A stretch of DNA of 5,746 bases. Source: Octopus sinensis (Eukaryota). Below, piece by piece: positions 1 to 5,707 of the stretch (the first letter of the stretch is position 1; the number at the start of each line of letters is the position of its first letter). Position numbers and translations under genes: made by a program. The stretch spans positions 1-5,746 of the forward strand of contig NW_021829499.1 of the NCBI RefSeq assembly GCF_006345805.1, in the 5' to 3' direction. Under the pieces are notes generated by a model that searched no databases, had not been told where the DNA came from, and was given only the letters and a program-made list of their open reading frames with translations.

Positions 1-271
1 ATATAAGTGTGTAATTATGTATGTATATATGTATGAATAAACGTGTATATGAATCCATGTATATGTATCTATTTAATGTATTTTTAAGGCCATTATTCTG
101 ACTACTGACCTCCAAGTTCAAGAATAAATGTTCAAGCCATTAGTTTGCAGGAGTTACCTTTTCTTTATATTTTTTAATATTTATTTTATAACTAAAGCTA
201 TTTTTAGGTCATTTGTATTTAATATTTTATCTCTATATTTTTTATGACACTTCATCATTAACAAACGATCT

Positions 272-307
272 TAATGAGTTAACAATATCTTGTTTGTTAA
301 CTCATTA
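272..307. repeat. Perfect 14 bp inverted repeat with 8 nt spacer
   Basis: TAATGAGTTAACAA (272-285) and TTGTTAACTCATTA (294-307) are exact reverse complements. Confidence 0.95.
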
Positions 308-786
308 GCAAAGCAAGAAAATGATAAATGAGTACAGATTCACATAGTGATCAATGAGTTACGACACGTATTTTATTCCATTCAAACACCCCTACAACTC
401 GAAAATTTGATGAATAATATTTTATCCTGCATATAATATAATGTGTAATTTTCACAATATTCTTGAGAAAAGCATTACTCACGATACGGTTTCGAATAGC
501 GATTGTTAGATGCTTGTTTTTGCTTCTGCCTTAAATGATTTCAGTATTAATTTAATTGAAATATTTCGTGTCACGTTTAACAAATAATGGCGTCGTTCGT
601 TGTAGATTTCTTGTGGGCTAACCGCTGGTTCAGTACATTTATGGTGATCTGAGTATCAAGGGAGTGTCTGTGCAATTCAGGCAGAACCAAGGCGGCATTG
701 CTGCTCATGGTATTTTAAAATCTAAAGCACAGGTTTTTCGTTTCTCTCATTTCTATTTGTATCTTTCGATTACTGGCATCGTTAAA

Positions 787-903
787 ATATACACACATGT
801 AGATTTTTATGCATGTAAGTATCTATGTGTATACGTATATTTAAACAGATACACGCACACACAGTCACATATATAAATATATATACATATACGTTTATAT
901 ATG
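787..903. repeat. Degenerate TA/CA low-complexity tract
   Basis: Interrupted TATA, CACA and TACA runs. Confidence 0.7.
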
Positions 904-993
904 CAGAGGGCGTAAGTTATTCGAGGACATACCTTTTTGGGGTTATTGCTGCATTTTTTGCTCACGCTGTAAGATCTGTTTCTGAAAATCATA

Positions 994-1521
994 ATGGCAG
1001 ACCCTCAGCTTACTCAAGAAATGAAGAGGCATGCTGTTATTGTGGTTTTGAAGGCTGAACATAGGGATTTAGAAATATCTCGTTTTTTAAAAGTTGCCAG
1101 ATCTTTCGTCTACAAATTTTGTAAGGAGCTAGAGGCTGAAAATAGAAACTTATCACCAGTATCAAAGCATAACAAGCATTCTAAATGTTCTGAAATCATC
1201 AGAACATCTGAAGTTATCCAGCAAGTTCAAAAGACCATTGATTACAATCTCAGAAAGGCCATGAGGTCAATTGCAAAAGATTTTCATGTTTCAGAAGGAA
1301 CAGTCAGAAATGGTGTCCAGGAAGACATCAGATATAAGTCTTATATGATGAGGAAAGGTCTGTCAGAAAAAGCAGACAAAAATCACTACATCAGATTTAA
1401 AAGGCTCTTAAACAAGCTGAAAACTGTAGCAGAAGAAGAAATGGCAGATGGTTATGTACAGACCCTTCTGAAGTTCCAAGTGTTATGTATACGAAATTTC
1501 CTGCAACAGTCAGGGTTTTAG
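994..1521 (+). CDS. Residual 175 aa ORF: ~150 aa transposase DNA-binding (HTH) region plus an out-of-frame tail; expression unknown
   Basis: Provided ORF track. Two HTH-like segments (LEISRFLKVARSFVYKF and RSIAKDFHVSEGTVRNGV). Residues after M150 (1441) are read out of frame relative to the transposase. Confidence 0.35.
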   Translation: MADPQLTQEMKRHAVIVVLKAEHRDLEISRFLKVARSFVYKFCKELEAENRNLSPVSKHNKHSKCSEIIRTSEVIQQVQKTIDYNLRKAMRSIAKDFHVSEGTVRNGVQEDIRYKSYMMRKGLSEKADKNHYIRFKRLLNKLKTVAEEEMADGYVQTLLKFQVLCIRNFLQQSGF

Positions 1522-1882
1522 GGGTTGTCAGCAACGAAGGACATGTGATACCTCCTTACTTCTTTCCACAAAGCCTTAGAGTTAACTCTGCCGCCTATAT
1601 TGAGGTCCTGGAAATAATTGTTAAGACCTGGATAGACAGTGCATGCAATGGAAGGCCATATGTGTTTCAGTAAGGCCCTGCACTATCACACATGGTTCTT
1701 GTGTCACAGGTAGGGATGGCTGAGACTTTCCATGGTCACATAACCCCTAACATTTGGCCTCCTAATTCCCCAGATCTCAATCCATTGGACTATTACATGT
1801 GGAGCGTTGTTGAGAGAGAGAGATCTATGAACACAACCATAACACCAAATATTCTTTGAAAGCTATCATAGTTCGCAGGTGA
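994..1882 (+). pseudogene. DD37D transposase pseudogene
   Basis: ATG at 994 (cataATGG). Reading frame switches at ~1431-1443, where the expected F-S-D-E-K motif carrying the first catalytic Asp is absent. In-frame TAA at 1671-1673. Second catalytic Asp codon reads GGC (Gly). A +2 slip in (GA)6 at 1812-1823 shifts the frame, after which it reads IYEHNHNTKYSLKAIIVRR* to 1882. Confidence 0.9.
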
Positions 1883-2126
1883 TCTAAACGAATAGGTACG
1901 CTAGGTAAGTGCTATAACGGATTACTAGGGCTCCAAGGTTATAGCTGAGATAGTAGTTATAGAGCCATTGCAGATTTTCGATGCGGCAGATATATAATTG
2001 TTAAAGAGGACAGCAAACATTAAAGCAAGGCAAGCATCTCATGTTGCATACAGCATTATTATTGGAAAAAATTCAGTCTTACAGCTGTTTCTGGGATATC
2101 CCCGACTATGGGATATTCCATCATCT

Positions 2127-2182
2127 GAGACAAATAGGGAAAAATAGAGAAAATATTTTCCCTATTTATCCTTATTTGTCTC
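2127..2182. repeat. Fold-back inverted repeat built from ~10 bp units
   Basis: AAATAGGGAAAA (2132-2143) pairs with TTTTCCCTATTT (2156-2167); GAGACAAATA (2127-2136) pairs with TATTTGTCTC (2173-2182). Confidence 0.85.
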
Positions 2183-2184
2183 TA

Positions 2185-2283
<99 letters not shown>
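2185..2283. repeat. (ATAG)24 perfect tetranucleotide (GATA-type) microsatellite
   Basis: 96 bp of uninterrupted ATAG (2185-2280) plus ATA. Confidence 0.99.
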
Positions 2284-2355
2284 TGTGCGTGTGAGTATGC
2301 AAATATCTGTGATCTACGAAAATTAGCTAAAATGCATAACTCGGTGTTCAGTGGC

Positions 2356-2435
2356 ATGTATGTATGTACGTATGTATGTATGTATGTATGTATGTATGTA
2401 TGTATGTATGTATGTATGTATGTATGTATGTATGT
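2356..2435. repeat. (ATGT)20 microsatellite with one ACGT variant
   Basis: Directly visible tandem repeat. Confidence 0.99.
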
Positions 2436-2436
2436 A

Positions 2437-2636
2437 GGAGGATTTAAACGACATGCAAAGGTACATGAAGCCCAGTTACAACTACAGCCGGCTATTACCG
2501 GTAAAGGTTTTAGCTGCCAATTCTGTACAAGACATTGTAGATCTTTAGCTGGGCTAAAAAGTCACATTCGATCACACCACCAGTAACAGTTTAGTTTCGT
2601 GCAATGGCCATACTCGATAACGAGGGGGCAGCCATA
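2437..2636 (+). mobile_element. 5'-truncated 3' end of a non-LTR retrotransposon (probably RTE-like LINE) with a C-terminal C2H2 zinc finger
   Basis: 2437-2586 reads GGFKRHAKVH-EAQLQLQPAITGKG-FSCQFCTRHCRSLAGLKSHIRSHHQ*, i.e. half a finger plus one complete C-x2-C-x12-H-x3-H finger. It is followed by a ~50 nt 3' UTR and an (ATGT)n tail. A terminal finger, short UTR and microsatellite tail are typical of RTE-clade ends. Alternative: remnant of a host C2H2-ZNF gene, but the linker is not TGEKP. Confidence 0.7.
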
Positions 2637-2795
2637 ATGCATGTATGTATGTATGTATGTATGTATGTATGTATGTATGTATGTATGTGAGTGTGTGTGC
2701 GTATGTATGTGTGTATGTGTGTATGTATGTATGTATGTATGTATGTATGTATGTATGTATGTATGTATGTATGCATGCATCATGTATGTATATGC
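2637..2795. repeat. Compound (ATGT)n/(GT)n microsatellite, probable LINE tail
   Basis: (ATGT)12 at 2641-2688, a GT-interrupted middle, then more ATGT units decaying to ATGC. Confidence 0.97.
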
Positions 2796-3238
2796 AATTG
2801 TCCCTGAACGGGATTGAAATGTACTCGTGTTAGGCTTATTGCTGGCCATAAGAGAATGCTTTCCTCTGAATGCGTAACTAATACACATAACTTTTACTTC
2901 GCATTCCCAATGCCCACATGATTCCTTGTAACAGCGATTTATAAGAAAGAAGCAATAAGAGTAAAGAGTCAAAAAGTAGCAATCACCTCGCAACAGTGTT
3001 TGTGAGGTTGATATGTATGATAAATGATGTTTTAGATGTGTATGCAGTTATATGATGAAGTCTCCTGTCCATTTTGACTTTCGAGTGTCATTTGTTCATT
3101 CAACTAAAAGACCTGTTCGTTGAATAAGCGACGGAATTCGTCGGTTATTCCATAAATATGTGTACCTTTAACGCAAATTACAGGTAGAATTAGAAAGAAT
3201 GTTACGAAAATGGATATAAATTGCAGTTACATCTTATC

Positions 3239-3581
3239 TTATTTCTTTACAGCCCACAAAGGGTTACACACAGACGGGACAAACAAAGGCAGACAAATGG
3301 ATTAAGTCGATTATATTGACTCCAGTGCGTAACTGGTACTTATTTAATCGACTCCGAAAGGATGAAAAGCAAAGTCGACCTCGGCTCCAGATCTTAACAA
3401 TTATTTCCAGGACCTCAATATAGGCGGCAGAGTTAACTCTAAGGCTTTGTGGAAAGAAGTAAGGAGGTATCACATGTCCTTCGTTGCTGACTGTTGCAGG
3501 AAATTTCGTATACTGTTGTCATATTCTCAGAACGAAGCGGCAGACGAAATACCGCTAAGCATTTCGTCCGGCGTGCTAACG
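3239..3581 (-). mobile_element. tRNA-derived SINE (octopus-type), 5'-truncated and interrupted at its B-box by a 141 bp insert
   Basis: 3239-3385 and 3526-3581 match a cephalopod SINE consensus as I recall it (…AAAGTCGACCTCGGC[GGAATTTGAA]CTCAGAACG…GACGAAATACCGCTAAGCATTTCG…). An 8 bp stem GACGAAAT/ATTTCGTC lies at 3543-3568. The family match is from memory, not from a search. Confidence 0.8.
3386..3513 (-). repeat. Inverted duplication of transposase segment 1487-1632, lacking 18 bp
   Basis: Manual alignment: 127/128 identical to the reverse complement of 1487-1632. One mismatch at 3391 (versus 1627); donor 1514-1531 is absent. Confidence 0.98.
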
Positions 3582-3594
3582 TTGCTCCAAAGGT

Positions 3595-3677
3595 GTCTTC
3601 ATCTACTCAGCTTTCTATATAAGGCTTGGGTACACCCAAGGTTAGTAGGGGAAAACACTTGCCAAGATGCTGTGCAG
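3595..3677 (-). mobile_element. Diverged internal fragment of a second tRNA-SINE family
   Basis: GAAAACACTTGCCAAGATGCTGTGCAG resembles the reverse complement of the recalled SINE body CTGCGTGGCACCTTGGGCAAGTGTCTTC, and the upstream part also aligns loosely. Consensus recalled, not searched. Confidence 0.55.
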
Positions 3678-3831
3678 CTACATATGTGTGTGTGTGTGTG
3701 TTTGTATTTATGAATATTCACTGTGCACCAGCATCTATTGGTTGTTTAGTGTTAATGGCCACCAACAGAAACCGTTTCGAATCCCTGCTCGGAGTCTCGA
3801 GAATGTTCTTTCATATTCCCTCTGTGAGTAC

Positions 3832-3968
3832 ATATATATACACACACATATATGCATATATACATACATAAATGTGTGTGTTATGTGTGTGTATGTGTGT
3901 GTACGTGTGTGTGTGTGTGTGTGCGTACGTGTGTGTGTGTGCTTTGTGTGTGTGTGTGTGTGTTTGTG
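3832..3968. repeat. Compound (TA)/(CA)/(TG)n microsatellite
   Basis: TA/CA runs followed by interrupted (TG)n from ~3872 to 3966. Confidence 0.95.
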
Positions 3969-4286
3969 TACAAGCTAGAGGCAAATAACCCTTCATATCC
4001 TCCCGCCTACAGAAAATTTATATACTTTGTTACTTTTTTTCTTTGTTTCTTTTTTTTTGTTTTCGTCTCAGATTTTGTAGTTTCATTATTTCATTCTTTA
4101 TCTCCAATGTACACGATAAATATGCTCCAGTATGGCCACATCCAAAAGAATGAACAGTGTATAAGAATTCCAGAACACAAGCATATACATTGCTTTTAAT
4201 TTATTTTTTTGCGGAATTCTAGAAATATTTATGTATCTTCGCCCTAATAATGATTCATTCAAGCAGATAACAAACAACACAAACAC

Positions 4287-4294
<8 letters not shown>

Positions 4295-4355
<61 letters not shown>

Positions 4356-4475
4356 CATAGACATAAACATATATATCCGTATATAATTATATATATATAT
4401 ACATACATATATATACATTGTAGGTATACATGTATATACATGTATAATATATGTATATATATGTATATATATGTG

Positions 4476-4535
<60 letters not shown>

Positions 4536-4549
4536 CGTATATATATATA
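4295..4549. repeat. (AC)23 followed by a long interrupted (AT)n tract
   Basis: (AC)n 4295-4340 with one GC variant; (AT)18 at 4478-4513 and (AT)10 at 4515-4534 within a TA-rich tract. Confidence 0.98.
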
Positions 4550-4665
4550 ATACAAAAAAGAAGTATCACTTTAATGGCGTCTTTCATAAGTGTAATGAAT
4601 AACGTTAGCATTCTCACCATTGACTTCTCTTTGACATTGCATTATTTGGCGTATAATGTTTGAAT

Positions 4666-4766
4666 TTCAAAGATGGAATCTAAGAAGAAATTAAATAAGC
4701 CGCTTAATCAAAGGCGGATATAGTTAATAATGGCTACCTCCCTCCGAAATGTCTTTGATCGGATTA
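4666..4766. promoter_or_regulatory. Candidate enhancer motif cluster (3 TCF/LEF-like sites plus GGATTA)
   Basis: TTCAAAG 4666-4672, ATCAAAGG 4707-4714, CTTTGAT 4753-4759, GGATTA 4761-4766. Motif match only. Confidence 0.25.
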
Positions 4767-4848
4767 TTTAGATGGAGAGATTTTCAAAATACGGGGTCCG
4801 ATAAAACATGTTTCCTGGCGACATCACGTCACTGAGATTTAACGACGA

Positions 4849-4931
4849 GACTAGAGAGAACAAGGTGGAGAGAAGTAGAAGGAGAGAAAGAGGGAAAGAC
4901 AAGCTAATAGAGAGAGAGGGGGAAGAGAGAC
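4849..4931. repeat. Purine-rich (GA) low-complexity tract
   Basis: Almost exclusively G and A on the + strand. Confidence 0.8.
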
Positions 4932-5097
4932 ATCAGCGTTGCAAATCATTATATGTTAACAACAGGAAACTGTTGTCATATTCTTCGCCAAAATTATGAC
5001 CCATTTTCATCAGGTCTTGAATGTAGCTAATTGTTAAAGCATTTTTAAGGATTAAAGCGGAAGAAATGAAAGCCTGCTGCGTCCAGACAGCATAGTG

Positions 5098-5128
5098 TGA
5101 CGTCAGATAACGTGTTTACATGATTTAA
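5098..5128. promoter_or_regulatory. Perfect CRE palindrome with abutting GATA, FOX and TGATTTAA motifs
   Basis: TGACGTCA 5098-5105, AGATAA 5105-5110, TGTTTAC 5113-5119, TGATTTAA 5121-5128. Motif match only. Confidence 0.25.
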
Positions 5129-5209
5129 AGCCGATCTCAATCGAAATATTCATCATGTTGCACGCTCATGGTTCTAATCATTTAATGAACAAACTCCACG
5201 TACATATAC

Positions 5210-5258
5210 AAGCACACGTATATACAAATTCGCACTCACACGGAAGCCATACATACAT

Positions 5259-5297
<39 letters not shown>

Positions 5298-5645
5298 TGT
5301 GTATGCTTATAAATATGAATATGTGATGTATATGTGTGTATATATGTATATATTTAGATATTTATGTTCACGTATATATATTTATGTATGAGTATGTATA
5401 TATATTCCTATTTCCGTGTGTGTGTGTGTGAGTATAAAATAGACATATATAAATGTGTGTATTTGTGCAAGTGTAAATTTCAAAAGATAATACACACCTA
5501 CACACAAACATATGAGCTTGTGTATGTATGTATGTATGTGTTATTGCACATGCGCACATGTATGTGTACGTGTGTATACATTATTGATGACACCTTTCAA
5601 GAAAGAAGTTATAAATGCATATGTGTACATATATAAATAAATATA
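5210..5645. repeat. Degenerate CA/TG/TA/TATG microsatellite field including (CA)16 at 5262-5293
   Basis: Directly visible. Confidence 0.9.
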
Positions 5646-5707
5646 TTTTGCAATTGAAATTGCATTCTCCATCCATTAGGATCTGAATGAGTATATATAA
5701 ATACATA

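Larger units (their letters stand above)
904..1882 (+). mobile_element. Decayed Tc1/mariner-superfamily DNA transposon, DD37D (maT-like) class, 3'-truncated
   Basis: Transposase motifs read across three frames: HTH-like RSIAKDFHVSEGTVRNGV; TKFPATVRVLGVVSNEGHVIPP; YVFQ*G-A-SH; WPPNSPDLNPLDYYMW. Codon at the second catalytic D position is 1674-1676 and the third D is GAC at 1788-1790, giving exactly 37 intervening codons. Homology stops near 1880 and no 3' TIR is seen. The left boundary (CAGAGGGCGTAAG at 904, just after a TA-rich tract) is a guess. Confidence 0.9.

Noticed and set aside
904-929. Left TIR CAGAGGGCGTAAGTTATTCGAGGACA
   Set aside because: I found no reverse-complement partner in the window and it is preceded by TG rather than TA, so it cannot be confirmed; used only as an approximate boundary.
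1357-1365. Possible 6 bp in-frame deletion (G-Q-F-L/M-S to G-L-S)
   Set aside because: Depends on a recalled consensus that I cannot verify here.
994-1882. Bacterial IS630 or an active transposase
   Set aside because: DD37D spacing and the SINE/microsatellite context indicate a eukaryotic maT-like element; multiple lesions rule out activity.
1903-1910. Perfect splice donor AG|GTAAGT just after the transposon
   Set aside because: An 8-mer has a reasonable chance of occurring once in 5.7 kb, and there is no matched acceptor or open exon.
1911-1962. CTATAAC/GTTATAG inverted 7-mers; CTATAACGG resembles part of the I-CeuI site
   Set aside because: Too short, the rest of the site does not match, and there is no rDNA context.
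2185-2795. Repeat-unique-repeat layout superficially like a CRISPR or spacer array
   Set aside because: Units are 4 bp microsatellites, there are no 23-47 bp direct repeats with spacers, no cas genes, and the context is eukaryotic.
2982-3012. ~12 bp imperfect hairpin ATCACCTCGCAA…TTGTGAGGTTGAT
   Set aside because: Needs a bulge and a G-U pair; within chance expectation, and eukaryotic context makes a terminator reading irrelevant.
3264-3473. 69 aa minus-strand ORF starting MIPPYFFPQ
   Set aside because: Accidental chimera of the inserted transposase fragment and SINE sequence, with no true ATG (GTG start).
3526-3581. tRNA gene calls for the SINE heads (also 5708-5746)
   Set aside because: No complete cloverleaf; these are tRNA-derived SINE heads, one broken and one cut by the window edge.
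3580-3594. Linker between the two SINEs shares CGTTGCT with 3482-3488 and GCTCCA with 3384-3389
   Set aside because: 6-7 nt matches are too short to separate from chance.
4808-4999. 63 aa ORF rich in R and E
   Set aside because: Composition comes from the GA-rich tract; no recognisable domain.
807-5636. Most ORFs in the track (YVCM, IYIY, HTHT, CVCV, SIYL repeats)
   Set aside because: Translations of microsatellites that lack stop codons in some frames; not coding evidence.
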